From a virus: a DNA stretch of 64,000 nucleotides. Where the stretch lies: IMG/VR virus record IMGVR_UViG_3300029374_000315, positions 17,327 to 81,326 of that record. One strand, 5' to 3'. Below, piece after piece: positions 9,175 through 18,476 of the stretch; the first letter of the stretch is position 1, and every line of letters begins with the position of its first letter. The notes below the pieces were generated by a model that ran no database searches, was not told the DNA's origin, and saw only the letters and a program-made list of their open reading frames with translations. The position numbers and the translations under genes are program-made.

Positions 9175-10494
9175 ATGGCTACTAACAATCCTATGACCGT
9201 TATAACCTCTAAGCCCTTTGGTGCACTGAATGTGGATGTGTACCAGAATGATAAACATCAGTATTATATGACCCGTGAACAGATTGGGCGAGCACTGGAA
9301 TGTAAAGAACCTCGGAAATATATTGCAAAGATTCATGAGCGTAATGCAGACCGTCTTGACTCCTTATCAACTGTCGTCAATTTGACGACAGTTGAAGGTG
9401 GAATCACGAAAGAGCGTGAAATTATTTGTTACAGTTTGCGTGGTGTTATGGAAATCTGTCGTCTGTCTCGTCAGCCGAAGGCAGATGCGTTTATGGATTT
9501 CTGCTGGGATATTATGGAATCTCTGATGCGTGGTGATTCTGTTCTGGCTACTCCTAAAATGGATGCTGCATTGAGCAAGGAGTTTATTGATGTAAGACTT
9601 CACGCTCTGTTTGATAGTATGAAGAATCTTCAGAGTGAACTCGATTCCACCCGTAAAGATCTTAGTGAACAGATTGAGGAAGCTCGTGCTACTAGCAATG
9701 AAGCACTGAATGTGATTAGTAGCGTATCTCAGTGTGTCCATCAGATTAAGGACAAGCAGATGGATGATGCGATTCGTTCTACTAGAAACTTTACTCCTCG
9801 TAAGGATGTGGTGAGTGACTGGCGTAAGAAGATGTATGAACGTATCAATGTGATTGCGGAAATCAATGAGATGAAGGTTCAAGATGTGTTTCGTGATGTT
9901 TACGAATACATGAATAGTGTTTATACCTTCGTTATCGAGGAAGAGCGTAAAAAGTATTGCGCAAGAACTGGTCGTACTGGTTACATTCCTACGATTGATG
10001 TGGTCGAAGCAAGCACAATGTATAAGTCTATCTTTGGTGCTCTGGTTGAGGATCTGTATACCGAAGCGATCAATAAGAAGAAGGAAGAAGCTACTGAACG
10101 GAAAGCTTTGCCTGAAGCGAAAACTATTGAAGCAGCTCCTGAAGTGGCTGTCTGTGATGCTCCTGTGATTGAGGTGGAAGTTAATGAAGTTAAGTCTGAG
10201 CCGGTTGCGGAAGAAAAGCCCAAGAAACAGAGCGAAACGGCGAAGATTCTTATCCCGATTCTGTTACCTTTGGCAGAAAAGCTTAATGATAAGCCGCAAT
10301 ACAAGCACACTTACACTCTGATTTACGAACATATTGGTTATAAGAAGATGAATAATCTGTTTATTGCTTATGAAAAAGCTCACGGTAAAGCACCGAATCC
10401 GAAGACTAAGGTGTTTATTGAAAACGAAAAGAACCTCGCGTTGTTTAAGAAAGCCGTAAAGCAGCTGATGAAGGGGCAATTTGAAAAGAATTGA
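9175..10494 (+). CDS. phage antirepressor-like protein (Bro-N/KilA-N type N-terminal domain)
   Basis: N-terminal 110 aa resemble Bro-N domain proteins; long charged C-terminal region. Confidence 0.5.
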   Translation: MATNNPMTVITSKPFGALNVDVYQNDKHQYYMTREQIGRALECKEPRKYIAKIHERNADRLDSLSTVVNLTTVEGGITKEREIICYSLRGVMEICRLSRQPKADAFMDFCWDIMESLMRGDSVLATPKMDAALSKEFIDVRLHALFDSMKNLQSELDSTRKDLSEQIEEARATSNEALNVISSVSQCVHQIKDKQMDDAIRSTRNFTPRKDVVSDWRKKMYERINVIAEINEMKVQDVFRDVYEYMNSVYTFVIEEERKKYCARTGRTGYIPTIDVVEASTMYKSIFGALVEDLYTEAINKKKEEATERKALPEAKTIEAAPEVAVCDAPVIEVEVNEVKSEPVAEEKPKKQSETAKILIPILLPLAEKLNDKPQYKHTYTLIYEHIGYKKMNNLFIAYEKAHGKAPNPKTKVFIENEKNLALFKKAVKQLMKGQFEKN

Positions 10495-10754
10495 GGTACA
10501 TAAAAATGAAGGTTTATGTTTTGCACGAATGTATTGATTCTAGTGATTTTTACGCAGAAGATAATGTGATTATGGTCACAAAGGATAGAATCAAAGCAAT
10601 TGATAAAATGGTATTCCTGTTTAATGAAAGCAAGAATGATTTACAACCGGTGAGTGATGATGAAACATGGTGCGAAGCTGCGGAAGCATCTGTTGTTTGT
10701 AGTGGTGAAAATTATTATCGTCACCACTGGAAGATTGATGAATTTGAGGTATAA
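10491..10754 (+). CDS. hypothetical protein
   Basis: 87 aa; overlaps upstream stop. Confidence 0.45.
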   Translation: MRYIKMKVYVLHECIDSSDFYAEDNVIMVTKDRIKAIDKMVFLFNESKNDLQPVSDDETWCEAAEASVVCSGENYYRHHWKIDEFEV

Positions 10755-10758
10755 GAAC

Positions 10759-10983
10759 ATGATGAAATATGGAAATATAACATGCAAACGATGTGGTGTC
10801 ACGTGGTATGGGCCAAAGTGTGGAAAGCTTTATTGCGATAATTGCAGAAAGATTGTGGATAGAGAAAAGGATATTAGATGTAAAAATAAAAAGAAACATA
10901 AGCCGACATTTATTGAAATTGCAAAAATGGCAGATGCAGAAGGACTGTCCTATGGAAAGTATTGTTTAAAATATGGAATCTAA
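10759..10983 (+). CDS. zinc-ribbon protein
   Basis: CKRCG...CDNC motif; ATG after GAGGTA. Confidence 0.45.
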   Translation: MMKYGNITCKRCGVTWYGPKCGKLYCDNCRKIVDREKDIRCKNKKKHKPTFIEIAKMADAEGLSYGKYCLKYGI

Positions 10984-10996
10984 AGGAGACGCAAAT

Positions 10997-11842
10997 ATGA
11001 ACGCAGTACCTGAAAAGAACGAAAATAACGCAGTTGAGTTTAATCCGCCAAAGGTTGATCCTGCTCCCAAAGTGAAACATAACCAGGCGAAGAACTATAA
11101 TATCAAACGCAAGGAAGCTTGTAATGGAACGGTGCAGCCTATTAAAGATGTAGAGGATATTAAACGAATTTCGGAATATTTTTGGAATCGTGGGATGTAC
11201 CGTGATTGGTGTTTGTTTAATGTTGGTGTATGTACTGGTTTTCGTGCAAGCGATTTGCTTCGTTTTAAGGTTTCAGATGTTACAACGCAGAGGGTAAATG
11301 GAAAGTTGCAAGTAAATGCAAATGCAAAAATACGAATGAAGGAAAAAAAGACTGGAAAATACCGTATTGTTTTTCTTCCAGAATCTGCTTTGGAAGTGAT
11401 TTCTACTTATATCAATAAAGTTAAGCTCCATTATGACGATTGGCTTTTCCCGTCATGTAAAGGCAGCTCTCGCAATTCACTGAGGAGCACAGGTGGGACA
11501 TCAATTAGTAAAAAGACTGGAATTATGTATACACACGAGGCAAATCCAAAGGTAGCCGGGGAGCCGCTTGATGTGGATAGTTTTGGACGAATTATGAAAA
11601 AGGTTCAAAAGGATATGGCTCTTCCATATAATCTTGGAACACATAGTTGCCGTAAGACATTCGGCTATCAGTTTATGGTACAGCACCGTGATGATGTTAT
11701 GGCTCTGGCCTGGCTTCAGCACGCTTTGAATCATAGTAGTCAGGCAATCACTCTTCATTATATTGGTCTTGATTCAGAAGTGGATGAGAGATATTACTCT
11801 GGAATCAATTATGGTGTGAATACTCATAGTGAGAATTCTTGA
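10997..11842 (+). CDS. tyrosine site-specific recombinase (phage integrase/Xer family, minimal, no arm-binding domain)
   Basis: Catalytic residues in order: R in TGFRASDLL, K-hairpin, HSCRKTF (HxxR), ...LHYIG tyrosine. Confidence 0.8.
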   Translation: MNAVPEKNENNAVEFNPPKVDPAPKVKHNQAKNYNIKRKEACNGTVQPIKDVEDIKRISEYFWNRGMYRDWCLFNVGVCTGFRASDLLRFKVSDVTTQRVNGKLQVNANAKIRMKEKKTGKYRIVFLPESALEVISTYINKVKLHYDDWLFPSCKGSSRNSLRSTGGTSISKKTGIMYTHEANPKVAGEPLDVDSFGRIMKKVQKDMALPYNLGTHSCRKTFGYQFMVQHRDDVMALAWLQHALNHSSQAITLHYIGLDSEVDERYYSGINYGVNTHSENS

Positions 11843-11847
11843 GGTGT

Positions 11848-12531
11848 ATGATGGCTGATACTTATATTAAAATCTGGGATACTTACGAGAGCTACTTTGA
11901 ACCACTTAGTGCTGCTGAGGTGGGGCGTTTGGTACTGGCGATGATGAAATATAAATCGTCTGGAACGGAGCCTGAACTCAACGGAAATGAGCGGTATGTG
12001 TGGCCTGCTATAAAGAGAGATTTAATTAAAGATGCTGAATACATCGAAGGTAAGCGTATTTCTGGAAAAGCTGGTGGCGAAAGCAAACGCAAGCAAAGCG
12101 AAGCAAACGAAAGCAAAAGCAAGCTAGAAAAAGAAAAAGAGAAAGAAAAAGATAAGATATCGTCTTCGTCTTGTGATGGGACGACAACGACGAAACCTAT
12201 CGAGGATGTTTTCCGAGAGAATATCGGGAAGCTTGGTGCTACTGGTCAAAAAGCTTTGGCAGAATATGTTGAACGCATGGGCGATGAACTTGTACTTGCT
12301 GTGATTGGAAAATGTTCTGATCTCGGTGGTAGCACATGGGCTTATGTACGAAAAGCTTTGGATGAAGCGGAATCTCTTGGCTGCAAGACTGCTGATGATT
12401 ACCGCCGGGTTTGTCCGATAGGGAGTGGCCGTAATACAAGAGTGGATAGGCAAGTTCCTAGCGGAAACGACTGGTTAAAAAATGCAACAAAACGTCGTCC
12501 ATTGGTAAAAAGAGAGTTAGAAACGGCGTAA
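11848..12531 (+). CDS. DnaD-domain replication initiation/replisome organizer-like protein
   Basis: C-terminal DnaD-like segment (AEYVERMG...WAYVRKALDEAESLG); low-complexity KEKEKEK linker; N-terminal phage replisome-organizer-like region. Confidence 0.45.
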   Translation: MMADTYIKIWDTYESYFEPLSAAEVGRLVLAMMKYKSSGTEPELNGNERYVWPAIKRDLIKDAEYIEGKRISGKAGGESKRKQSEANESKSKLEKEKEKEKDKISSSSCDGTTTTKPIEDVFRENIGKLGATGQKALAEYVERMGDELVLAVIGKCSDLGGSTWAYVRKALDEAESLGCKTADDYRRVCPIGSGRNTRVDRQVPSGNDWLKNATKRRPLVKRELETA

Positions 12532-12544
12532 ATGGAGGTTTAAA

Positions 12545-12946
12545 ATGGGACTTTTATTTGGTTTGGGTTTGCTTGGTGCAGCGTTTGGTATTGATGCAGT
12601 GAAGCAAGCACCGTTTGATAGGGCGTATCGCCGTCTGGAAAATGAGTGGGGAACTTGCACATCAGAAGAGAGTAGACGGTGCGATGCTCTGAAATATGCC
12701 GTGCAGAACGGCTTGTGTTTCGAGGATGAGAAAAAGCCTGTGATTGAGTGGCAGAAGTTGAGAGATCTTCAGTGGAAGTATCAACTGGCTGGTATCTCTT
12801 GGCCGAGAGAATCTGCGATTCGAGATGTGTGCCGTCTGGCAGCTCGTGACCGTGGATTTGAGTACAAAGGATATCTTCGTAATACATTGACGTTTGGCTA
12901 TATCACTGATCCGAAAAACATTTGCAAGCTTGGTATTGTAGATTGA
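12545..12946 (+). CDS. hypothetical protein with N-terminal hydrophobic segment
   Basis: MGLLFGLGLLGAAFG signal/TM-like N-terminus. Confidence 0.5.
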   Translation: MGLLFGLGLLGAAFGIDAVKQAPFDRAYRRLENEWGTCTSEESRRCDALKYAVQNGLCFEDEKKPVIEWQKLRDLQWKYQLAGISWPRESAIRDVCRLAARDRGFEYKGYLRNTLTFGYITDPKNICKLGIVD

Positions 12947-12960
12947 GAGGAGACTTGAAA

Positions 12961-13266
12961 ATGAATAACACTCGTAGAAAAGCTATTAAGCAGACCATCG
13001 ACCGTTTTGATTCCATCCGTAAGAAGCTAGAAGAGCTTGTGTCGGAGATCGAAAGTGTAAAATCAGACGTTGAGGATATTCAGTGGGAAGAAGAAGAGTA
13101 TCGTGATAACATGCCGGAGAATCTGCAGGGAAGTGAGCGGTATGATAGAGCAGATGATGCTTGCACGAATCTGTCTGATGCTGTGGATACTCTGGATGAT
13201 ATGATTGGTGCTCTGGATCTTGATTTTTGTGACGTGACCACCTCTCTGGAGGAAGCAATGGAATGA
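12961..13266 (+). CDS. hypothetical protein
   Basis: Internal ATG after GAGAGGAG; acidic helical protein. Confidence 0.45.
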   Translation: MNNTRRKAIKQTIDRFDSIRKKLEELVSEIESVKSDVEDIQWEEEEYRDNMPENLQGSERYDRADDACTNLSDAVDTLDDMIGALDLDFCDVTTSLEEAME

Positions 13267-13451
13267 CTTTTATTTCAAATCCGTTGAAAAGAAGTGCTTG
13301 GGCTGTATTTTTGTACAGAGGTAAGCGAGTTGCTTCGTATATTTTACGAGAAAGCAAATTAGGAGATAGGGAGCTAATGGTAGAACGGCTGGCACGAATG
13401 TACATGACGGAGCCAGAAAACATTGTTGTAGATATTGAGTTTAGAGATTGA
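13263..13451 (+). CDS. hypothetical protein
   Basis: 62 aa; overlaps upstream stop. Confidence 0.4.
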   Translation: MTFISNPLKRSAWAVFLYRGKRVASYILRESKLGDRELMVERLARMYMTEPENIVVDIEFRD

Positions 13452-13557
13452 GGTGATAAAGAATGACTGCATTTATGATGTTTGTTTTGAATGTAGTACT
13501 GATAATAACAGTGAATAATAATCCGTTTGTGTTTTGATGAAAAAGGAGATTGGTCTT

Positions 13558-13767
13558 ATGAAAAAGTATGAAGTAGTTTGGACGGAACTTGAAGATGGGA
13601 GTCTTAGATGTAATGCGAACAACGATGGCTTTAGCGGAATGGAAATTTTATGTCTCCTTGAATTAAAAAGAGATGATGTGAAGGCACAGATGTATAACGA
13701 TACGAAGTTTACGAGAACTGTTCTTGACATGAATGGTATTCGAGAGAAAATTACCAATAAAACCTAA
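13558..13767 (+). CDS. hypothetical protein
   Basis: ATG after AAAGGAG. Confidence 0.45.
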   Translation: MKKYEVVWTELEDGSLRCNANNDGFSGMEILCLLELKRDDVKAQMYNDTKFTRTVLDMNGIREKITNKT

Positions 13768-13788
13768 ATTCTGTGGAGGGAAAACAAA

Positions 13789-14307
13789 ATGATTATTACT
13801 ATGTATCGAAGAAAATGGAAATTCTCGGTGATGAGCGCAGAAGACGCAGAAGACTTTATCCGACAGCCACATTTTGAACGGATTCGGTTTATCTCGATCA
13901 CTGAAGCTAATGGCCATCATATTGATTTCCATAAGTGTGAGGGCAATATTACTTTTCTACCGCTGAAGTTTGATGATTGCACTACTGATTTAGAAGGCAC
14001 CTGTATCACTGATATTCAAGCTAAGAATATTGTGAATTTTGTTCTCGATAACCATGAAGAAGATAAGACGGATTGGTTCTGTGTGAATTGTGGTGCTGGC
14101 GTATCAAGATCCGCAGCCGTGTGCGCTGCCGTTATGAGAATTCTGTGTAATGATGATATGCCGGTATTTACAAACAGCTACTTCTGCCCGAATATGACGG
14201 TGTACAGAGAGGTACTGAATGCTTGGGTTAACCGTCTGTCTGATGAAAATGAAAGTGTTTCGACTGAGATATGGAATACTGTAAATAAAGATATGGTAGA
14301 GGAGTAA
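13789..14307 (+). CDS. Cys-based phosphatase (dual-specificity/protein-tyrosine phosphatase-like, CX5R active site)
   Basis: WFCVNCGAGVSRSAAVCAAVM matches the HCxAGxxRS P-loop of DSP/PTP enzymes. Confidence 0.65.
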   Translation: MIITMYRRKWKFSVMSAEDAEDFIRQPHFERIRFISITEANGHHIDFHKCEGNITFLPLKFDDCTTDLEGTCITDIQAKNIVNFVLDNHEEDKTDWFCVNCGAGVSRSAAVCAAVMRILCNDDMPVFTNSYFCPNMTVYREVLNAWVNRLSDENESVSTEIWNTVNKDMVEE

Positions 14308-14310
14308 AAC

Positions 14311-14574
14311 ATGAAATACACAAAGCGTGAAATCATTAGCGCATATCGAATTCTCACGAAGAATATTCAACAGAATGATCTCGGCTGGCGTGGAAAAATG
14401 ATTTTAAGTGATGTACTTGATGACTATTTCAGCCGTATTGAGGGTGAAATAGTTGTTGTAGATCCAAAGTGTGGAAGTTTTCGTTGTCCAAAATGCAATA
14501 CGGTAATTACAAGTAGGTATGATCACTATTGCAGAGATTGTGGTCAGAAGTTTGATTGGAGAGAAACAAGATGA
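14311..14574 (+). CDS. zinc-ribbon protein
   Basis: CGSFRCPKC...CRDCG. Confidence 0.5.
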   Translation: MKYTKREIISAYRILTKNIQQNDLGWRGKMILSDVLDDYFSRIEGEIVVVDPKCGSFRCPKCNTVITSRYDHYCRDCGQKFDWRETR

Positions 14575-14810
14575 AGATTGATTTGACTCTCAATGAAGCA
14601 CGAGTTATCCAAGATGCGCTTGATGCGACGAGCCTGTACTGTTCTGGATGCTACATGGGTTACAAGAGTGGTGATGAGGATTTGTGTTTCAAACTTGATA
14701 AGGATGGGAATTATCGCTGTAAGCTGATGCGAGAAATTGATTCCATCAATGGCAAGATTGAGGATGCAATGGACAAGGGTGATAAAATCCGGGTTCTTGT
14801 GGATATTTAA
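14571..14810 (+). CDS. hypothetical Cys-containing protein
   Basis: ATG after GGAGAG; CSGC...C. Confidence 0.45.
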   Translation: MKIDLTLNEARVIQDALDATSLYCSGCYMGYKSGDEDLCFKLDKDGNYRCKLMREIDSINGKIEDAMDKGDKIRVLVDI

Positions 14811-14973
14811 CAAAATGATGTGTAGACCGATGATATAACTATTGATGACGTAGGATTATTAGTAAAATTTTGGAAAATAAAATTGTTGGATTGAAAATTA
14901 CATTCATGTGGTGTATGATTTAAGCAACCTCAGCACAAGATGTTTAAGCTAAAAGAAATGTGAGGTTAATATA

Positions 14974-15129
14974 ATGTGGATTATGATAATATCGTTTATT
15001 GCATTTTACTTTGTACTGCTTGTTCCTTTTGGGATTTTTGTAATGGGACTACTGAAAGTGACGTCTATTGCTGATGATCAGAGTGAGCGGCTGGAAATGG
15101 AACAGGGAAGGGATGGTCAAAATGTATGA
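14974..15129 (+). CDS. small hydrophobic membrane peptide (51 aa)
   Basis: Not in ORF track; GAGGT RBS 7 nt upstream; MWIMIISFIAFYFVLLVPFGIFVMGLL TM helix; sits in a 250-bp otherwise non-coding gap. Confidence 0.4.
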   Translation: MWIMIISFIAFYFVLLVPFGIFVMGLLKVTSIADDQSERLEMEQGRDGQNV

Positions 15130-15316
15130 TTTGAAATCGTGCCCATGTTGTGGTGGTCCAGCAACGCTTTTTAAATTGAGAGCGCAAGTCATATGTGATT
15201 ATTGTGGACTGAGAACAAAAGCGTATTATGATAATCTTGTTAATTGTGGAATGCCAGATAATAATATGCTTTTGGATGCAGTAAATGCTTGGAATAAACG
15301 AGTTGATAAAAGTTAA
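15122..15316 (+). CDS. zinc-ribbon protein
   Basis: CPCCGG...CDYCG; start overlaps the end of the mini-ORF. Confidence 0.45.
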   Translation: MYDLKSCPCCGGPATLFKLRAQVICDYCGLRTKAYYDNLVNCGMPDNNMLLDAVNAWNKRVDKS

Positions 15317-15331
15317 GTTCTAGGAGTGTAT

Positions 15332-15553
15332 ATGTGGATTAAAGTTGTTGATGAACCAATTCCAACTTATGGAATGAATGGTAAATCGTTTATGCTTAAT
15401 CTTTATTACAAGGACTACTTCGGGCATACTCTTGAAAGAAGTAGTGATCTTGTGATTGCAATTTGGGATAGTGTCTGCGAATGCTTTCGTGAGGTCGGAA
15501 CAAAGAAAGAAATTAACGACGATGATATTTCCGAGTGGTGGAAAGACATCTGA
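15332..15553 (+). CDS. hypothetical protein
   Basis: ATG after AGGAGTG. Confidence 0.45.
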   Translation: MWIKVVDEPIPTYGMNGKSFMLNLYYKDYFGHTLERSSDLVIAIWDSVCECFREVGTKKEINDDDISEWWKDI

Positions 15554-15586
15554 TAAAAGCTGAGATAAAAAAAGAGGTGAAATGCC

Positions 15587-15895
15587 ATGGGAAGAATTAT
15601 TGACGCAGATGCCTTTTATCAACAAGAATGGATTCGCTGTGGGATGTATGAACCAATGATTGGCGTTGATAAAGTGGATTCTAACAAGGAGACATTATAC
15701 AGAACCTTGCGAAGCCGATTAAATAAAGTCCCAGAGGTGGATGCAATCAAAGTTGTTCGCTGCAAGGATTGCGACCTTTGGAATACATGGGATAAGCAAG
15801 GAGAATCATGCAGCTGTGCTCATTTTACTCTTGATAATTCCAATGCTGTATATACCAAGCCAGAGGATTTTTGTAGTTATGCAGAAAAACGATAA
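15587..15895 (+). CDS. hypothetical Cys-containing protein
   Basis: 102 aa; GAGGTG RBS. Confidence 0.5.
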   Translation: MGRIIDADAFYQQEWIRCGMYEPMIGVDKVDSNKETLYRTLRSRLNKVPEVDAIKVVRCKDCDLWNTWDKQGESCSCAHFTLDNSNAVYTKPEDFCSYAEKR

Positions 15896-15922
15896 AAAGA
15901 TGAGATTTAGGAGGAATATGCA

Positions 15923-16111
15923 ATGTTTTGTACTGAAAAATCATGTGAGACTTGTGCAGATTGGAGCCGCGTTCATAACAAGTGTATGGATTCCTTTCAT
16001 CCAAATGTGAACACTGAAACAAAAGGCGATGGAGAGTGTCCTTACTATGAGCGAAGGAGAGAGGCAGTTTGCAATATTGCTTTTCCAAAATCGACGAGAG
16101 AAGAATATTGA
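15923..16111 (+). CDS. hypothetical Cys-rich protein
   Basis: AGGAGG RBS; CTEKSCETCADW...C. Confidence 0.5.
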   Translation: MFCTEKSCETCADWSRVHNKCMDSFHPNVNTETKGDGECPYYERRREAVCNIAFPKSTREEY

Positions 16112-16140
16112 TAGAAGTTGAAAACAAGGATGGATTTGCT

Positions 16141-16398
16141 ATGACTTACGGAGAAATGAACAACTATATCGCCCATGTTAGTGATAATGATTTGGTTGCG
16201 TTGTGCAAGAGCGTTTACGAGTTCAAGAATGGAAATGGAGTGTTGGAGCCAACTTCAACGCTCAAAATTCTTGCAGAAAACCTACAGTTTTCTGATGTGA
16301 GAGCGTTGGAATACACCATTACAGAAGAAGCGCATAAACGATACGAGCAGATTGTTTTACTTCTTATGAAAGATGCTCCGGCGCATTATTTGAAATGA
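16141..16398 (+). CDS. hypothetical protein
   Basis: Internal ATG of ORF 16069, after the upstream stop. Confidence 0.4.
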   Translation: MTYGEMNNYIAHVSDNDLVALCKSVYEFKNGNGVLEPTSTLKILAENLQFSDVRALEYTITEEAHKRYEQIVLLLMKDAPAHYLK

Positions 16399-16419
16399 TG
16401 AGATTTAAGGAGAATCATA

Positions 16420-16593
16420 ATGGGTAAGTATGTGAAGCGAGAAGATGTCTTGAAAAAGTTGAAAGATGTATCGAAATTGGCAGACGGAAAGTCTGGCAGA
16501 GCGGTGATTGCGTTACTTAGATCATCTTTGGAGGGCATTCCGTACATTGTGATTGAAGAAGAAATTAAGCACAACAATAGAACTAAGATTTAA
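16420..16593 (+). CDS. hypothetical small protein (57 aa)
   Basis: Not in ORF track; AAGGAGAA RBS; hand-translated. Confidence 0.4.
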   Translation: MGKYVKREDVLKKLKDVSKLADGKSGRAVIALLRSSLEGIPYIVIEEEIKHNNRTKI

Positions 16594-16607
16594 GGAGGAA
16601 ATATATC

Positions 16608-16805
16608 ATGAAAAAGTTTGTTGCTCTTTTTGAAGGTTGGAATGATAAGCATGACCATGAGTGTATGTGCTATGTTGTTGATGTAGATGATGACTTTGAA
16701 AGTATTTTGAGTGTTGAAGAACAGGCAGAGAGAATGGCTCGAAATGAATATCCTAATCTGAAAAATTTTGAAACGCTTTACATCAAAGAACTGCTTAATA
16801 GATAA
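16608..16805 (+). CDS. hypothetical protein
   Basis: AAGGAGGAAA RBS. Confidence 0.5.
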   Translation: MKKFVALFEGWNDKHDHECMCYVVDVDDDFESILSVEEQAERMARNEYPNLKNFETLYIKELLNR

Positions 16806-16833
16806 GAACTAAGATTTAATGGAGGAAAATATT

Positions 16834-17037
16834 ATGAGCGAAATAAATCATGAAGAGAACAAACATGAAGTGACTCGACTTGACGCAATTAGAAAGATAG
16901 ACATTATGGGGCTTGAAAAGTTTCTTGAGAACATTCAGAAGTATCCAGATCGTTATCCAAAGAATAAATTTGAATGGATTGTATGGTTACAGGAATCAGT
17001 TGAAGATAGAGTACATTTTGATAATAAGGTGTTTTAA
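16834..17037 (+). CDS. hypothetical protein
   Basis: ATG after GGAGGAAAA. Confidence 0.45.
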   Translation: MSEINHEENKHEVTRLDAIRKIDIMGLEKFLENIQKYPDRYPKNKFEWIVWLQESVEDRVHFDNKVF

Positions 17038-17038
17038 A

Positions 17039-17374
17039 ATGATTTATACTGTAACAATGATTGACTCGTTTAAGGATGAGCAGAATGCGAAATTTAGCTC
17101 GCCGGTATCAAATACCAAAGGTATCTATTGGATGCCAGATGATAGTTGGATTGCTGGGTACTTCACGGATTTGAAAGAAGCTATCCAGTCTGTGATTGAT
17201 AATGTGGCTGATGTCTTTGAACACTGCTACAACTATGCAGTTATTGAAGGGTACGAAGAAGGATTCTATCCTGTGGCCGAGCTGACGAAGTGGTTTAAGT
17301 ATGATGCCAAGAGCGACAAGGCATTTGAGATTGAACCGCCGTTGCATAATAATGTGCGTGGATATGCGTTTTAA
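17039..17374 (+). CDS. hypothetical protein
   Basis: Internal ATG of ORF 16913, right after upstream stop. Confidence 0.45.
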   Translation: MIYTVTMIDSFKDEQNAKFSSPVSNTKGIYWMPDDSWIAGYFTDLKEAIQSVIDNVADVFEHCYNYAVIEGYEEGFYPVAELTKWFKYDAKSDKAFEIEPPLHNNVRGYAF

Positions 17375-17391
17375 AGAAGGAGAATAAGACT

Positions 17392-17547
17392 ATGAGTAGT
17401 GTACTTATTGATAGGAACGCAGCTAAGAAGGTAGAATCCATCTTCGAGCATCCTGATAAGGTCTATTCGGTGTATTTGAAGGCTGGCGGAGATGTCATTT
17501 GGCTGCAAGGTGAAATTGAGCTGTATGAATTTTTGCGCAGCTTATAA
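17392..17547 (+). CDS. hypothetical small protein (51 aa)
   Basis: AAGGAGAA RBS; hand-translated. Confidence 0.4.
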   Translation: MSSVLIDRNAAKKVESIFEHPDKVYSVYLKAGGDVIWLQGEIELYEFLRSL

Positions 17548-17571
17548 AACCAATATTTTAGGAGTGATATT

Positions 17572-17751
17572 ATGAAAACTTTTGATGTTTTAAAAGTTGG
17601 ACAGACTATTATGGCCGAAGACGGGGACACAATGAAAGTTATTGATTATGATTTTTATGGGACAGGGCAGAATATCATGTGCTTCATGTCGGATCGTTGT
17701 GTATATCCATCAACTGAGTTTAATGCAGGCGATTGGGAGATTGAAAGTTGA
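17572..17751 (+). CDS. hypothetical small protein (59 aa)
   Basis: TAGGAGTG RBS; hand-translated. Confidence 0.4.
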   Translation: MKTFDVLKVGQTIMAEDGDTMKVIDYDFYGTGQNIMCFMSDRCVYPSTEFNAGDWEIES

Positions 17752-17778
17752 GAGGAGGTTTTATTTATCACTAATAAG

Positions 17779-18393
17779 TTGTTAACAAATCGTGAGCAAA
17801 GCGTTGCTATTGTGTGTATAATGTGCCTGCTGGCAGGGAATTTAGTAATAAAAGCGTTACCGAATACTGAAGTTGGAGGCACATATACATATTATAATGA
17901 TCAATCAGTTCATAATGTTACGCAGGCAACAAAAGAAGATGAGAACGATGAACCTACAATTTTTGTAAAGGAAATCGTTGAGACGAAGGTGGTGAACTTT
18001 AGCCAGGGTAAACATGAACTCACTGATGATGAGCGTGCTCTTGCAGAGCAGATTGTTGCTTGTGAAGCAGGTGCTGACAGTTTGGAAGGCCAGATGGCCG
18101 TTGCTCAATGTCTTTATGATTCCGCTGTACTTGATGGTCTAACCATCCAGCAGGTCTTTAAGAAGTATGGTTATAGTTCCTTATATAATAGGAAGGTTAC
18201 GGCAGAGAATGAGCTGGCTGTCTCTATGGTGTTTGACTATGGTGCTAAAATTTCAAACAAACCTATTCAATGGTTTGTAACCCCGACTGCAGCTCCCGGC
18301 AGTTGGCACGAGCGTGGAGCAACCTTTGCTGGACAATTTGGCGCACATAGGTTCTATTATGATTCGAAGTTGGTTGTGGATGATGCTGAGTGA
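17779..18393 (+). CDS. cell-wall hydrolase (SleB/CwlJ-like Hydrolase_2 domain) with N-terminal signal/anchor
   Basis: Hydrophobic N-terminus; C-terminal ERALAEQIVACEAG...QMAVAQCLYD...QFG..RFYY resembles SleB-type hydrolases; start codon (TTG) uncertain. Confidence 0.5.
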   Translation: MLTNREQSVAIVCIMCLLAGNLVIKALPNTEVGGTYTYYNDQSVHNVTQATKEDENDEPTIFVKEIVETKVVNFSQGKHELTDDERALAEQIVACEAGADSLEGQMAVAQCLYDSAVLDGLTIQQVFKKYGYSSLYNRKVTAENELAVSMVFDYGAKISNKPIQWFVTPTAAPGSWHERGATFAGQFGAHRFYYDSKLVVDDAE

Positions 18394-18447
18394 ATGGCAT
18401 CATCTAAAATTTTGATAAATAATACAACAAAAAGATGTGTAATATAT

Positions 18448-18476
18448 TGACTAAAACAAAAGGCTGTGTATAATAT
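18448..18476 (+). promoter_or_regulatory. sigma70-type promoter TTGACT-N17-TATAAT
   Basis: Exact hexamers with 17-bp spacer in a 90-bp intergenic gap before the gene at 18519. Confidence 0.6.

Noticed and set aside
12060-12175. GCAAA/GAAAAA-rich repetitive stretch
   Set aside because: In-frame low-complexity linker (SKRKQSEANESKSKLEKEKEKEKDK) of the DnaD-like gene, not an independent repeat element.
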